This document shows positions 9,964-21,653 of a stretch of DNA of 64,000 nt, piece by piece; positions within the stretch are counted from its first letter, which is position 1, and each line of letters begins with the position of its first letter. Both the position numbers and the translations under genes were made by a program. The notes under the pieces are model-generated. The model was not told the DNA's origin. It was given only the letters and a program-made list of their open reading frames with translations, and ran no database searches. Source of the stretch: Alphaproteobacteria bacterium (GTDB lineage Bacteria > Pseudomonadota > Alphaproteobacteria > SP197); assembly GCA_964291265.2 (NCBI GenBank), contig OZ219747.1:3712001-3776000 (forward strand), written 5' to 3'.

Positions 9964-12620
9964 GGTGAGTCCTGCTCCAGTATGGCCGCCTGGGCCGCTG
10001 CCAGGCGGGCGATGGGAATCCGGTAGGGAGAACACGACACGTAGTCGAGACCCGTCCGATGAAAGAAGGCGATCGAGGCGGGGTCACCACCGTGCTCGCC
10101 ACAGATGCCCAGTCCGAGGTCACTGCGTGTGCGCCTTCCCCTGGCGCTGGCCAGTGCCACGAATTCCCCGACACCCTCGGTATCGAGAGTGACGAAAGGA
10201 TCCTCGGCGAGGATGTCTTCCTCAAGGTAGCGTTCGATGAAGCGGCTCGAGTCATCGCGACTGATGCCGAACACGGTCTGCGTCAGGTCATTGGTGCCGA
10301 AACTGAAGAAGTCGGCCGAGCGAGCAATGTCGCCGGCCTGCAGGGCGGCGCGAGGCAACTCGATCATGGTTCCCACCTGGTAGTGCGGACGCTTCCCGGT
10401 CTCTGCCGCGACAGCGGCCGCCACGACGTCGATCGACTGGCGGATGACGGCAAGTTCTTGGCCTGTCGCGACCAGCGGCACCATGACTTCGAGATGCACC
10501 GGCTGACCTTCGGCGTGTTCGGCCATGAGAGCCGCCTCGAGAATGGCGCGGGTCTGCATCTCGTAGATTTCCGGATGGGAGATCCCGAGCCGGCACCCGC
10601 GATGTCCGAGCATGGGGTTGAGTTCCCGCAGCGAAGCGACGCGCAGTCGCACATGCTCGACATCGGTCCCGGTATGGCGTGCCAGTTCCTCCAGTTCCCG
10701 CAGACCGGTCGGCAGGAACTCGTGCAATGGCGGATCGAGAAGGCGCACCGTCACGGGAAGGCCTGCCATCGTGCGGAACAATTCGACAAGGTCCGCCCGC
10801 TGCATGGGAAGGATCCTCTCGAGGGGGCGGCGCCGGCCCTCGACGTCCTCCGCCATGATCATCTCGCGCATGGCGATGATGCGCCCGTCCTCGAAGAACA
10901 TGTGCTCCGTCCGGCAGAGACCGATACCGTCGGCGCCGAACTCCCGCGCCCTTGCGGCGTCGGCCGGTGTCTCGGCATTGGCCCTCACACCCAGGGTCCT
11001 TGCCTCGTCGGCCCACTCCATGAAGATCTCGAACTCCCCTGACTGCTCCGGCTGCCGGGTCGGTATCTCGCCGGCAATCACCTCACCGGTGGACCCGTCG
11101 ATGGTGATGATGTCGCCCCTCCTGATCGTCACGCTGCCGGCCACCAGAAGATCATTCGCGGGGTCGACCCGGATTTCCCCGGCTCCGGTCACGCAGGGAC
11201 GTCCCATGCCCCGAGCCACCAGTGCGGCGTGGGAAGTCTGGCCACCATGGCGGGTCAGGATGCCGCGGGCAGCGTGCATGCCGTGGATATCCTCCGGACT
11301 GGTTTCGGGACGAATCAGGATGACGGCCCTGCCCTCGGCTCCGAGCCCCTGGGCGTCATCGGCGTGGAAGACCGCCATGCCCGAGGCGGCTCCGGGCGAA
11401 CCGGGCAGACCACGGGCGATCACCCGACGCGGAGCGCGAGGATCAGGAACCGGGTGAAGCAGACGATCGAGGTCACGGGGATCGATCCTCATCAGCGCTT
11501 CCCGGCGTGTGATGAGCCCTTCCGTGGCCATGTCGACAGCGATCTTCAGCCCCGCCTGGACACTGCGCTTGGCGTTGCGTGTCTGGAGCATGAAGAGACG
11601 GTGGCGCTCGATGGTGAACTCGACATCCTGCATCTCGCGAAAGTGCTGCTCCAGGCGATCCATCACGGCTACCAGTTCGCCCCAGGCGTCCGGCATCCTC
11701 TCCTCAAGCGACGTGCCGTCGCCTGCAGATGCGATCGGCCAGGGTGTACGCAAGCCGGCCACGACATCCTCGCCCTGGGCATTGACGAGATACTCTCCGA
11801 ACAGTGATCGCACACCGGTGTCGGGATGGCGCGTGAACGCGACACCGGTGGCACAATCCTCGCCCATGTTGCCGAAGACCATCGCCTGAACGTTGACAGC
11901 CGTTCCGGGGGTGTCGGGAATACCGTGAATTCTCCGGTAATCGATTGCCCGCCGGTTGTTCCACGACCGGAACACGGCACGCACGGCGCCCCACAGCTGC
12001 TCGAAGGGATCCTCGGGGAACGGCTCATCAAGACGTGACTGCGCATGATGGCGGAACCGCGCGACGACCTCCCTCAGGGAAGCGGCAGTGAGGCCCGAGT
12101 CCTCGCTGATTCCCTCCTCACCCTTGACCTCATCCAGAATGTCCTCGAAATCTCCGTGATCGAGACCCAGAACGACTCCGCAGTACATCTGGATGAACCG
12201 GCGGTAGCTGTCCCAGGCGAAGCGGTCACTGCCGCTGGCCCTTGCGAGGCCCTCCACGGTGGTGTCGTTGAGCCCGAGATTGAGAACCGTGTCCATCATG
12301 CCGGGCATCGAGGCCGGTGCACCCGAGCGCACGGACACCAGCAGGGGATCGCATGCACTGCCAAAGCCCCGCCCCATCTGCTCCTCGATATCCTGAAGCG
12401 CCTCCCTCGCCTGCCGGGCGACATTCCCGGAAAGATCGAGGGCGCCATCGGCGAGAAATGCCGCACAGGCCTCGGTGGTGATCGTGAAACCGGGCGGCAC
12501 GGGGAGCCCGAGAGCCGCCATTTCCGCGAGACTGGCACCCTTGCCGCCGAGCAGGGTGCGCATCGAGGCCGCGCCTTCGGCTCCTCGAGGACCGAAGGAG
12601 TAGACCCAGGACACGGTCAT
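9960..12620 (-). CDS. ppdK: Pyruvate, phosphate dikinase
   Basis: LLGGKGA, SVRSGA, GGQTSHAA phospho-His motif, GLCRTEHMF, FSFGTNDLTQ. Confidence 0.98.
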   Translation of the reverse strand: MTVSWVYSFGPRGAEGAASMRTLLGGKGASLAEMAALGLPVPPGFTITTEACAAFLADGALDLSGNVARQAREALQDIEEQMGRGFGSACDPLLVSVRSGAPASMPGMMDTVLNLGLNDTTVEGLARASGSDRFAWDSYRRFIQMYCGVVLGLDHGDFEDILDEVKGEEGISEDSGLTAASLREVVARFRHHAQSRLDEPFPEDPFEQLWGAVRAVFRSWNNRRAIDYRRIHGIPDTPGTAVNVQAMVFGNMGEDCATGVAFTRHPDTGVRSLFGEYLVNAQGEDVVAGLRTPWPIASAGDGTSLEERMPDAWGELVAVMDRLEQHFREMQDVEFTIERHRLFMLQTRNAKRSVQAGLKIAVDMATEGLITRREALMRIDPRDLDRLLHPVPDPRAPRRVIARGLPGSPGAASGMAVFHADDAQGLGAEGRAVILIRPETSPEDIHGMHAARGILTRHGGQTSHAALVARGMGRPCVTGAGEIRVDPANDLLVAGSVTIRRGDIITIDGSTGEVIAGEIPTRQPEQSGEFEIFMEWADEARTLGVRANAETPADAARAREFGADGIGLCRTEHMFFEDGRIIAMREMIMAEDVEGRRRPLERILPMQRADLVELFRTMAGLPVTVRLLDPPLHEFLPTGLRELEELARHTGTDVEHVRLRVASLRELNPMLGHRGCRLGISHPEIYEMQTRAILEAALMAEHAEGQPVHLEVMVPLVATGQELAVIRQSIDVVAAAVAAETGKRPHYQVGTMIELPRAALQAGDIARSADFFSFGTNDLTQTVFGISRDDSSRFIERYLEEDILAEDPFVTLDTEGVGEFVALASARGRRTRSDLGLGICGEHGGDPASIAFFHRTGLDYVSCSPYRIPIARLAAAQAAILEQDSP

Positions 12621-14669
12621 TCAGCTCCCGATCCTTGAAAAATCTGCAACACGATCCATGGATGCACGGATGTGCCCAAGCAGATTGAGACGGTTCTCCC
12701 GCAGGGAGGAGTCATCGGTGTTGACGGTGACCGAATCGAAAAAGTCACCCAGGGGTGGCCTCAGTGATGCGAGTGCCGCCATCGCACCGGCAAAGTCCTC
12801 GGCAGCGAGGGTATCGGCCATGGCCGCATCCGCCGTCTCAAGAGCCGCCGCGACCGCCCGCTCGGCCTCCTCCGCCAGCAGTTTCCTGCTGATGTCTCCG
12901 GTGAAGATGCACCCGTCCTTCGCCTCCTCGATACGCAGGATGTTAGCAGTGCGCCGATAGGCCTCGAGAAGGTCGCCGCCGTCGGGCGATGCAAGGAATG
13001 AGTCGAGGGCCTCGATTCGCCGCACGAGGCGCACGAGGTCGCTGTCCCGGGTGCCGGAGAACACCGCATCGATCAGGTGATGTCCCAGCTGGCGTTCACG
13101 CAGGTGAACCTTCAGGCGATCGGCCACAAACTCAAGGACTTCGCCGGAGACATCGCGCCCGTAGCCTTTCCCCGCTGCCTGCAGGGCCTGCAGAAGATCG
13201 ATGCGCAGCCCGTTTTCGAGGATGAGGCGCACGACACCGAGCGCAGCACGGCGCAGGGCAAGGGGATCGCGCGAGCCGGACGGTCTCTCGCCGATGCCGA
13301 AGAAACCGGCAAGCGTGTCGAGTCTCTCGGCCATGGCCACGGCCACGCTGACCGGTGCCGAAGGACAGGGATCGGAGGGTCCGGCTGGCCGATAGTGTTC
13401 CGAGATGGCAAGCGCGATTTCGCTGGGCTCCCCGGCTGCACGGGCGAGATGACCTCCCATGATCCCCTGCAGTTCGGGAAACTCTCCCACGGTATCGCTG
13501 ACCAGGTCCGCCTTGGCGAGCCATGCTGCCCGGCCTGCCTGTTCAGGGTCGCACCCGGGAATCGCCGGGGCCAGCCATCTGGCCAGGGACCTGAGGCGGT
13601 GGGCCCGTTCCTCGAGAGTGCCCAGCCGAGCGTGAAACACCACGGTGGCAAGGCTGCTGATCCGGCTCTCGAGACTCACCCGAAGGTCGCGGTCCCAGAA
13701 ATGCCGGCCGTCGGCCAGGCGGGCCGCCAGAACCCTCTCGTTTCCGGTCCTGATCGACCGGCCGCCGTCGCGGCCCTGCAGGTTGGCGACAAACAGGAAT
13801 CCCGGCGCCAGGTCGCCGGAAGGCGTACGCAGGGGCATGTACCGCTGGTGGCGAACCATCTCCGTGGTCAGCAGATCCTCCGGGACCTCCATGTATTCTT
13901 CATCGAAGACGCCGGCCATGACCACCGGCCACTCGACCAGACCGGCGAGTTCGTCCATGAGACCCGCCGGTGCGTCGGTCACGAGGCCGAGATGGTCGGC
14001 GACGGCCCGGGCCCCTTCCTCGACGAGCCGCCGCCGCTCGTCGTGATCCGGAACGACACAGGCATCACGCAGCTTGGCACAGTAGTCGACGTAGTTGCAG
14101 ACCTCGAAGGGTGCGGGATGAAGGAATCGATGTCCCCGGGTCATGGCACCCGACTCGCAACCAGCGAAGCGGAAGGGCACGACGTCCCCGTCAAGGAGGG
14201 CGAGAATTGAGACCACGGGGCGGACCCAGCGTGTCTCGCCGTCAGCCCAGCGCATGGATTTCGGCCACCCAAGGGCGGTCATCGCCTCGGGGACGACCCG
14301 CGTCAGCACCCCTGCCGTCGTCTGCCCTCCCTTGCGTGAGACCGCAAACCAGAACTCGCCCTTCGAGGTTGTCCGGCGAACAAGGTCCTTGGTCCCGACC
14401 CCAGCCGACCGGGCGAAGCCCTCGACCGCCCGGGTCGGGGCGCCGATCCGCGGACCCTTGCGTTCCGTCTCGAATGACGGCTGACACTCCGGCAACCCTT
14501 CGAGATGGACGACCATGCGCCGCGGCGATACATGGACGCGCCTCGACGAGGCCTTGATGTCCTCCTCGGCAAGACGCTGCTCCAGGAGGTTGCCGAAGCG
14601 CTCCACCGCGCCCCGCTGCATCGACGCGGGAATTTCCTCGGAGAGGATTTCGAGAAGAAAGTCTGCCAC
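12621..14669 (-). CDS. glyS: Glycine-tRNA ligase beta subunit
   Basis: FLLEILSEEIPA, WPKSMRW, EFPELQG, GSRDPLALRR. Confidence 0.97.
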   Translation of the reverse strand: MADFLLEILSEEIPASMQRGAVERFGNLLEQRLAEEDIKASSRRVHVSPRRMVVHLEGLPECQPSFETERKGPRIGAPTRAVEGFARSAGVGTKDLVRRTTSKGEFWFAVSRKGGQTTAGVLTRVVPEAMTALGWPKSMRWADGETRWVRPVVSILALLDGDVVPFRFAGCESGAMTRGHRFLHPAPFEVCNYVDYCAKLRDACVVPDHDERRRLVEEGARAVADHLGLVTDAPAGLMDELAGLVEWPVVMAGVFDEEYMEVPEDLLTTEMVRHQRYMPLRTPSGDLAPGFLFVANLQGRDGGRSIRTGNERVLAARLADGRHFWDRDLRVSLESRISSLATVVFHARLGTLEERAHRLRSLARWLAPAIPGCDPEQAGRAAWLAKADLVSDTVGEFPELQGIMGGHLARAAGEPSEIALAISEHYRPAGPSDPCPSAPVSVAVAMAERLDTLAGFFGIGERPSGSRDPLALRRAALGVVRLILENGLRIDLLQALQAAGKGYGRDVSGEVLEFVADRLKVHLRERQLGHHLIDAVFSGTRDSDLVRLVRRIEALDSFLASPDGGDLLEAYRRTANILRIEEAKDGCIFTGDISRKLLAEEAERAVAAALETADAAMADTLAAEDFAGAMAALASLRPPLGDFFDSVTVNTDDSSLRENRLNLLGHIRASMDRVADFSRIGS

Positions 14670-14672
14670 GGT

Positions 14673-15545
14673 TCAGGAAGGCTCCGGATTCCCGAGCCAT
14701 GCCGCCGCACAGGCTCTCGCAAGACCGCGTACACGGCCGATGAAGGCGGCGCGTTCGGTGACGCTGATGACGCCCCGGGCATCGAGCATGTTGAAGGTGT
14801 GGCTGGCGTGGATGCACTGATCGTAGGCCGGAAGGGCCACTCCCGCCTCGACAAGACGCATGCAGGAGGACTCGGCATCGTCGAAGTGCCGGCGCAGCAT
14901 GGCCGCGTCCGCCATCTCGAAATTGTAACGGGACTGTTCCCTCTCGGATCTCAGGTGAACGTCACCATAGGTGACGCCATCGCCGTTCCAGTCGATGTCA
15001 CGGAAGTGATCGACTCCCTGGAGATACATCGCCAGGCGCTCGAGGCCGTAGGTGAGTTCTCCAGGAACTGGTCGGCAATCAAGGCCACCGACCTGCTGGA
15101 AGTAGGTGAACTGGGTGATTTCCATGCCATCGCACCAGACCTCCCAGCCAAGGCCCCAGGCGCCGAGGGTCGGGCTCTCCCAGTCGTCCTCCACGAAGCG
15201 GATGTCGTGGTCGAGAAAGTCAATGCCGATCGCCTCAAGGCTGCCCAGGTAGAGATCCTGGAAATCCGCCGGAGAAGGTTTCATCAGCACCTGGAACTGA
15301 TAGTGCTGCTGCAGGCGATTGGGATTGTCACCGAACCGCCCGTCGGCAGGACGCCTCGACGGCTGGACATAGGCCGCCTTCCAGGGTTGCGGTCCGAGAC
15401 TCCTCAGCGTCGTAGCCCAGTGAAAGGTCCCGGCACCCATCTCCATGTCATAGGGCTGCAGGATGACGCAGCCCTTGCCTGCCCAGTAGTTCTGGAGTTC
15501 GAGAATCAGGTTCTGAAACGGCAGACCACGGCCTGTCGTGCCCAT
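14673..15545 (-). CDS. glyQ: Glycine-tRNA ligase alpha subunit
   Basis: [39 protein letters not shown]. Confidence 0.98.
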   Translation of the reverse strand: MGTTGRGLPFQNLILELQNYWAGKGCVILQPYDMEMGAGTFHWATTLRSLGPQPWKAAYVQPSRRPADGRFGDNPNRLQQHYQFQVLMKPSPADFQDLYLGSLEAIGIDFLDHDIRFVEDDWESPTLGAWGLGWEVWCDGMEITQFTYFQQVGGLDCRPVPGELTYGLERLAMYLQGVDHFRDIDWNGDGVTYGDVHLRSEREQSRYNFEMADAAMLRRHFDDAESSCMRLVEAGVALPAYDQCIHASHTFNMLDARGVISVTERAAFIGRVRGLARACAAAWLGNPEPS

Positions 15546-15583
15546 TGCTGGTCAAACTCCCCGGAGAATGAGATGGAGGAAAC

Positions 15584-15853
15584 CTATGAAGCGGATGTGC
15601 GGCGGTCAAGCGGCCAGGGGCAGTCACTGCGGCCGCAGTGGCCGCCCACCGCCACCCAGTTGCGGCACGCCGGACAGGACTGCATCTCAACCTCACCGGC
15701 CGACCGCGGACCGAACCCGAACCATTTTCTTCTCCTGCGCCCCGTGCGCTCGCGTTCCTTCTGCTGGCGTTCGAGGTTGCGGACGAAACGGAAGCCGAGC
15801 CAGAGGACCGCGAGAATGACGGCAAAGACCGCAAGTTTCTGGAACGAGAACAT
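15584..15853 (-). CDS. Small membrane-anchored hypothetical protein with C-terminal Cys cluster
   Basis: N-terminal TM segment; CPAC...C..C at the C-terminus. Confidence 0.55.
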   Translation of the reverse strand: MFSFQKLAVFAVILAVLWLGFRFVRNLERQQKERERTGRRRRKWFGFGPRSAGEVEMQSCPACRNWVAVGGHCGRSDCPWPLDRRTSAS

Positions 15854-15963
15854 GGACGTGATTGTAGGGCGTCAGGTCAGCCCGGCAAGGTCGATCTCCA
15901 GGTGGACTCGATCGGGCCCGGGGGTATAGGGTCCGCCTTCGGATACCAGCGCCGGAGACGATC

Positions 15964-17136
15964 ATGAACGATGGTGCCAGCATCTATGCCATGTCGCATG
16001 ACACGGTGAGGATCAGCACGAAGCGGTTTGCCTTGTCTCCGTGGAGTCCTGCCTATCTCACTGACGACATCCTCATGGGAGTCTACAGCCGTCGGTTCTA
16101 CGCTCTCGGCGCGACCAATGATCCGGTCGACGACTATTGGCACCTGAGAAGAGGAGTGGCCCTGTTTGATGTACCGGAACACCCCATCGAGATAGCCGGT
16201 CCGGACGCACGGGCCCTCTTCTCGAAGGTGTTCTGCCGTGACGTCTCGAAGCTGCGTGAGGGTCGCGCCACCTACGCCATCGCCTGCAACCATGAGGGCG
16301 GCATCCTGATGGATGGCATTCTCATGAAACTGGGCGAGGATCGTTTCTGGTACGTTCTCGCCGATGGCGAGTTCCTTCCCTGGCTCGAGGCCCACGCCGG
16401 TGGTCTTGATGTTGCCATCACCGATCCCGACTCCTGGGTGTTGCAGATACAGGGACCGAAAGCGCTCGATGTCATGCCGGCCATTCTGGACACCATGCCG
16501 GAGGCCCCCTTCACGTACTTCTCCGTGCACCGGACGACAATAGACCGTCATCCCTTCCTCGTTTCCCGCACCGGCTGGACAGGAGAACTGGGATTTGAAC
16601 TCTATCCCCTGTCCCGGGACTTCGACGGAGCGAAGCTCTTCAACCTGATTCTCGAAAGGGGTACTCCCTGCGGCCTGGTGTTCGCCAGCCTGGAGAGCAT
16701 GGGCGTGAGGCGCATGGAGGCAGCCATCATGGATAACGGAACCGACATAGACTCATCGATGACGCCCTTCGATGCCGGATTGGGCCGCTTCGTGGACCTT
16801 GACAGCGAGGCCGATTTCATCGGCAGGGCCGCGCTGCAAGCGGCGCCCCGCGAGCCACGCTTCTTCGGCATGGTGGCATCCGGCATCACGCCCATCGCCG
16901 GATCACGTGTCCGCCACGAAGACAGGCAGGTCGGCACGGTGACGGCGGGCGCCTGGTCTCCCTACCTGGAATCAGGCATCGCCTTCGTGCGCTTCAGGAA
17001 GGCCGAAGACTGGGTGGGGCGCACTGTCACGGTCGATACGCCTGATGGGGCCCGTGCCGGAGCGACGATCGTGGCATTGCCCTTCTACGACCAGGAGAAG
17101 AGGATTCCCCGCGGGCTCGCCGACGATATCCCCTGA
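15964..17136 (+). CDS. Aminomethyltransferase (GcvT/DmdA-like)
   Basis: LFDVP, GPDA, IQGPKA, SRTGWTGELGFE, FIGRAAL, G-VT-G-WSPYL motifs. Confidence 0.85.
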   Translation: MNDGASIYAMSHDTVRISTKRFALSPWSPAYLTDDILMGVYSRRFYALGATNDPVDDYWHLRRGVALFDVPEHPIEIAGPDARALFSKVFCRDVSKLREGRATYAIACNHEGGILMDGILMKLGEDRFWYVLADGEFLPWLEAHAGGLDVAITDPDSWVLQIQGPKALDVMPAILDTMPEAPFTYFSVHRTTIDRHPFLVSRTGWTGELGFELYPLSRDFDGAKLFNLILERGTPCGLVFASLESMGVRRMEAAIMDNGTDIDSSMTPFDAGLGRFVDLDSEADFIGRAALQAAPREPRFFGMVASGITPIAGSRVRHEDRQVGTVTAGAWSPYLESGIAFVRFRKAEDWVGRTVTVDTPDGARAGATIVALPFYDQEKRIPRGLADDIP

Positions 17137-17185
17137 CCTCACAGCACCTCAAGGCCGGTGCCCGACGATCGCAGGCAGCCGCACC

Positions 17186-19819
17186 TCAGCCAGCGATGAC
17201 CTCTTCGATACTCCGCAGAGCCTCCGCCGCCCTGGAGGCGTCGGGACCTCCGCCCTGCGCCATGTCCGGCCGGCCGCCGCCACCCTTTCCGCCCAGCACC
17301 TCGACCCCGGCCCTGACCAGATCGATGGCATTGAAACGTTCAGTCAGATCATCGGTGACGCCCGCGACGATGGCGGCCTTGCCGTTGTCGGTCGCCACCA
17401 GGATGACGATACCGGTGCCGACCTGCTGCTTGATCCCGTCTGCCATGCTCCTGAGTTCTCTGCCCGGCACACCCTCAAGGGTGCGTCCGACCACGGTCAC
17501 ACCGGCAATCTCGCGCACTTCCGGAAGCGCCGGTCGTGTCTCTCCGGCGGCGGCCGCCTTCCGGCGCAGGGCAGCAACGTCCCTTTCCAGGGTCCGACGG
17601 TCGGCCACGAGCTGGCGGACACGTTCCTCGACGTCCGCCGGGGTTGTCTTCAACTGTTGCGCCAGGCGGCGCAGGCGCCGGTCCTGCTCACCGAGGTAGT
17701 CAAGCGCCGACCTGCCCGTGAGCGCCTCGATGCGGCGCACTCCGGATGCCACGGCACTCTCGGAGACGATCCTGAAGACGCCGATATCACCGGTGCGCAC
17801 GACATGGGTGCCGCCGCACAGTTCCGTCGACCAGCCCCCCTCGCCCATGGAAACGACCCTCACCTCGTCACCGTAGCGTTCGCCAAAGAGTGCCAGGGCG
17901 CCGGCGCGCGTGGCTTCGTCGGGAGTCATCAGCCGGGTGGTGACCTCGCCATTCGCCCGGACCATGCGATTCACCTCGCCCTCGACCGCCCTCAGCGAGT
18001 CCTCGCCAAGCGCCGACGGATGGCTGATGTCGAAGCGCAGCCTGTCGGGGGCAACGAGCGAACCCTTCTGGGTGACATGATCGCCGAGGTGGCGTCTCAG
18101 GGCCTCGTGCAGCAGGTGGGTTGCCGAGTGGGAGGCACGCAACCGGCCGCGCCGGTCACCGTCAATGGTGAGAGTCACATGATCGCCTGGCGACAGGCGT
18201 CCTTCATCGATGTGCGCCAGGTGGAGATGCATGTCGCCAATGCGCTTTTGGGTGTCCGTGATGGTGGCGCTGACCCCAGGCCCCGCAAGGCAACCCTGAT
18301 CGCCGATCTGTCCTCCCGATTCGGCGTAGAAGGGCGACTGATTCAGCACGATGCCGACGTCATCGCCGGGACCGGCGCTGCCGACCTCGGTACTGCCGGC
18401 AACGAGAGCGACGACCTCCGCCTCGGCGGACTCGGTGGTGTAGCCGAGAAACTCCGTGGCGCCGCACCGTTCGAAGAGGGCGTACCAGAAGGGCCCGTCC
18501 GCCGTATCGCCGGTCCCTTCCCAGGCCTCTCGGGCCTTCGCCCGCTGCTCCGCCATCGCGTCATCGAAACCCTGGCGATCGACCGTACGGCCCTCGCGGC
18601 GCAGGGCGTCCTCGGTGAGATCAAGGGGGAAACCAAAGGTGTCATGGAGTCGGAAGGCGATTTCTCCCGGGAGCGGCACGCCGCCTGGAAGCTTCGCGGT
18701 CTCGTCAGCGAGCAGCCGCGTTCCCCTCTCCAGCATGGTCCGGAAGCGCTCTTCCTCGTGGCGCAGCGTCTCGGCAACCAGCGCCTGAGCGCGGACGAGT
18801 TCCGGAAACGCCTGACCCATTTCCGCCACCAGAACGGGCACCAGACGATGCATGACGGGATCCCGCGCGCCCAGGATGTGCACGTGGCGCATGGCGCGGC
18901 GCATGATCCGGCGCAGGACGTAGCCACGTCCCTCGTTGGAAGGAAGCACACCATCGGCCATGAGGAACGACGAGGCCCGCAGGTGATCGGCGATGACATT
19001 GAACGAGGGTCGCGTTTCCCTTGCGGCAGACACGCCGACACAGTCCTCGCAGGCAGTGATCAGGGCAGTGAAGAGATCAGTGTCGAAATTGCTCTTCACA
19101 CCCTGCAGGATGGCCGCCATGCGCTCGAGACCCATGCCGGTGTCGACCGAGGGCTTCGGCAGATCGATTCGCTCGTCGGCGCTCACCTGCTCGTACTGCA
19201 TGAACACCAGGTTCCAGAATTCGAGAAAGCGGTCACCATCCCCGTCCGCACTGCCGGGCGGCCCACCCTCGAGCTCGGGGCCCTGATCAATGAAGATCTC
19301 CGAACAGGGACCGCAGGGTCCGATATCGCCCATCGACCAGAAGTTGTCCGATGTCGAAATGCGAATGATCCTGTCGTCACCAAGCCCCGCGACACGCCGC
19401 CACAGGGAGGCGGCCTCCTCGTCTGAGGAATGCACCGTGATGAGAAGGCGGTCGGGGGGAAGTCCGAAGACCCCGGTCACGAGGTTCCAGGCGAGTTCGA
19501 TCGCGTGTTCCTTGAAGTAGTCCCCGAACGAGAAGTTGCCCAGCATCTCGAAGAACGTGTGATGACGGGCCGTGAAACCGACAACGTCAAGGTCGTTGTG
19601 CTTGCCACCGGCGCGCAGGCACTTCTGCGCCGTGGTGGCGCGGCTGTAGGGTCGCTTCTCGACTCCGGTGAAGAGGTTCTTGAACTGCACCATGCCGGCA
19701 GTGGTGAAGAGCAGCGTCGGGTCGTTGTGCGGCACGAGCGGGCTCGACCGCACGGCGACATGATCGTGTTCCGTGAAGAATTCGAGGAACGTGGAACGGA
19801 CCTCGCTGACGCTGGTCAT
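17186..19819 (-). CDS. alaS: Alanine-tRNA ligase
   Basis: [52 protein letters not shown]. Confidence 0.98.
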   Translation of the reverse strand: MTSVSEVRSTFLEFFTEHDHVAVRSSPLVPHNDPTLLFTTAGMVQFKNLFTGVEKRPYSRATTAQKCLRAGGKHNDLDVVGFTARHHTFFEMLGNFSFGDYFKEHAIELAWNLVTGVFGLPPDRLLITVHSSDEEAASLWRRVAGLGDDRIIRISTSDNFWSMGDIGPCGPCSEIFIDQGPELEGGPPGSADGDGDRFLEFWNLVFMQYEQVSADERIDLPKPSVDTGMGLERMAAILQGVKSNFDTDLFTALITACEDCVGVSAARETRPSFNVIADHLRASSFLMADGVLPSNEGRGYVLRRIMRRAMRHVHILGARDPVMHRLVPVLVAEMGQAFPELVRAQALVAETLRHEEERFRTMLERGTRLLADETAKLPGGVPLPGEIAFRLHDTFGFPLDLTEDALRREGRTVDRQGFDDAMAEQRAKAREAWEGTGDTADGPFWYALFERCGATEFLGYTTESAEAEVVALVAGSTEVGSAGPGDDVGIVLNQSPFYAESGGQIGDQGCLAGPGVSATITDTQKRIGDMHLHLAHIDEGRLSPGDHVTLTIDGDRRGRLRASHSATHLLHEALRRHLGDHVTQKGSLVAPDRLRFDISHPSALGEDSLRAVEGEVNRMVRANGEVTTRLMTPDEATRAGALALFGERYGDEVRVVSMGEGGWSTELCGGTHVVRTGDIGVFRIVSESAVASGVRRIEALTGRSALDYLGEQDRRLRRLAQQLKTTPADVEERVRQLVADRRTLERDVAALRRKAAAAGETRPALPEVREIAGVTVVGRTLEGVPGRELRSMADGIKQQVGTGIVILVATDNGKAAIVAGVTDDLTERFNAIDLVRAGVEVLGGKGGGGRPDMAQGGGPDASRAAEALRSIEEVIAG

Positions 19820-19851
19820 CACCTGCCTGCCGTCGTCTTCGGCGCCGGTTC

Positions 19852-20931
19852 TTAGGACGCGCCGCCCGACACGTCACGCCCTGTGGCAGGCGAGTCCTCG
19901 TCGACAAGTCCCGCCTTCGCCCGCACCCCGTGCTCGATGGCGCCGGCAATGTCGGGATTGTCGCGCAGGAACATCTTGGCGTTCTCGCGTCCCTGTCCGA
20001 TACGCTGGTCGTTGTAGGAATACCACGATCCGGACTTTTCGATGATCCCCGCGCCGACGCCGAGATCGATGATTTCGCCGGACCGGGACACGCCTTCACC
20101 ATACATGATGTCGAACTCGACGGTCCTGAAGGGGGGCGCCATCTTGTTCTTGACCACCTTGACCCGCGTCTGGTTGCCGACCACCTGGTCGCGGTCCTTG
20201 ATCTGGCCGATGCGGCGGATGTCGAGACGCACGGTGGCATAGAACTTGAGGGCGTTGCCGCCGGTGGTTGTTTCGGGGCTGCCGAACATGACGCCGATCT
20301 TCATGCGGATCTGGTTGATGAAGATCACAAGGCAGCGGGACCGGGAGATCGTGGACGTCAGCTTGCGCAGGGCCTGGCTCATCAGGCGCGCCTGGAGCCC
20401 GACATGGGTATCGCCCATTTCCCCTTCGAGTTCGGCCCTTGGAACAAGGGCGGCCACCGAGTCGATAACCAGCACGTCGACTGCGCCCGAGCGCACGAGT
20501 GTGTCGGCGATCTCGAGGGCCTGTTCTCCTGCGTCGGGCTGCGAAATCAGGAGGTCGTCGGTGTTGACCCCGAGCTTGCGCGCATAGGCCGGATCAAGGG
20601 CGTGTTCGGCATCGATGAAGGTCGCGATTCCGCCGGCCTTCTGGGCCTCGGCGGCGGCGTGCAGGGCAAGCGTCGTCTTCCCGGAACTCTCCGGTCCGTA
20701 GATCTCGACAATCCGTCCCCGCGGCAGCCCGCCGATACCCAGGGCAATGTCAAGGCCGACGGACCCTGTCGAAATCACCTCCGTCTCGACGGACTGGCCG
20801 TCCTGCCCGAGACGCATGATCGAACCCTTGCCAAAGGCCTTGTCGATCTGGCTGACCGCTGCCTCGAGCGCCCTGTTCCTCTCCATACCGGTTCCTTCCA
20901 CCACCTGAAGTTGTGGGCCATTTCTCATCAT
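19852..20931 (-). CDS. recA: Recombinase RecA
   Basis: [38 protein letters not shown]. Confidence 0.99.
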   Translation of the reverse strand: MMRNGPQLQVVEGTGMERNRALEAAVSQIDKAFGKGSIMRLGQDGQSVETEVISTGSVGLDIALGIGGLPRGRIVEIYGPESSGKTTLALHAAAEAQKAGGIATFIDAEHALDPAYARKLGVNTDDLLISQPDAGEQALEIADTLVRSGAVDVLVIDSVAALVPRAELEGEMGDTHVGLQARLMSQALRKLTSTISRSRCLVIFINQIRMKIGVMFGSPETTTGGNALKFYATVRLDIRRIGQIKDRDQVVGNQTRVKVVKNKMAPPFRTVEFDIMYGEGVSRSGEIIDLGVGAGIIEKSGSWYSYNDQRIGQGRENAKMFLRDNPDIAGAIEHGVRAKAGLVDEDSPATGRDVSGGAS

Positions 20932-20988
20932 CGTTCACTCCCGGTTTGCCGTTGTCCACGGCACCATCATGGCACCTTGATCGGGAAT

Positions 20989-21029
20989 GTACGCCATTTG
21001 TTCGCTCAAAGCAAGAACATTATGCGAAC
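20989..21029. promoter_or_regulatory. Alphaproteobacterial LexA (SOS) boxes upstream of recA
   Basis: GAAC-ATTATGC-GAAC (21015-21029) is a perfect GAAC-N7-GAAC; GTAC-GCCATTT-GTTC (20989-21003) is a degenerate second box. Confidence 0.85.
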
Positions 21030-21045
21030 AACCGGTGATCCTCTC

Positions 21046-21504
21046 TCAATCGTCCCGGTGAACACGCTCACGCCGTTCATGGCGCTCCTGTGCCTCAAGA
21101 CTGAAGGTGGCGATGGGACGGGCCTCGAGGCGCCTGAGACCGATTGGCTCACCCGTCTCTTCACAATACCCGTAGGTACCCTGTTCGATGCGCCTCAAGG
21201 CTTCGTCAATCTTGGAAATCAGCTTGCGTTCCCTGTCGCGCGTACGCAGTTCGAACGCCCGGTCGACCTCCGCCGTGGCGCGGTCGGCAACGTCCGACTG
21301 GGCTACCGTGTCTTCCTGGAGATGGCGTATCGTTTCCGAGGAGTCGTGGAGGAGCTTGGCTCGCCACGACACCAGCTTGCGACGGAAGTACTCGCGCTGT
21401 CTCGCATTCATGAACTGTTCGGTGTCCCCGGGTTTGTAGCCCTTGGGCAGCTTGATGGCTTTCGCCGGAGATCCGTTCTTGCGTTTCACAGAATTCAGCC
21501 CCAA
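21046..21504 (-). CDS. dksA: RNA polymerase-binding protein DksA
   Basis: DxxDxA motif (DVADRA), ELRTRDRERKLISKI, YGYCEETGEPIG. Confidence 0.96.
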   Translation of the reverse strand: MGLNSVKRKNGSPAKAIKLPKGYKPGDTEQFMNARQREYFRRKLVSWRAKLLHDSSETIRHLQEDTVAQSDVADRATAEVDRAFELRTRDRERKLISKIDEALRRIEQGTYGYCEETGEPIGLRRLEARPIATFSLEAQERHERRERVHRDD

Positions 21505-21653
21505 CGAGCGTGTTCAGATTGGCGGCGCCTGTATAGTTTGACACCTCACTCCAGTGCAAGCGTGAACGCCGCCGGAACCAGGGCCTGCCACCGGCGGCCG
21601 GTCCGCGAAAGAGGTGCATGTTGCACCATGCGCGCGGGCGACCAGGGGGCGTA

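Noticed and set aside
21046-21504. DksA lacking the four-Cys zinc finger
   Set aside because: This is normal for alphaproteobacterial DksA.
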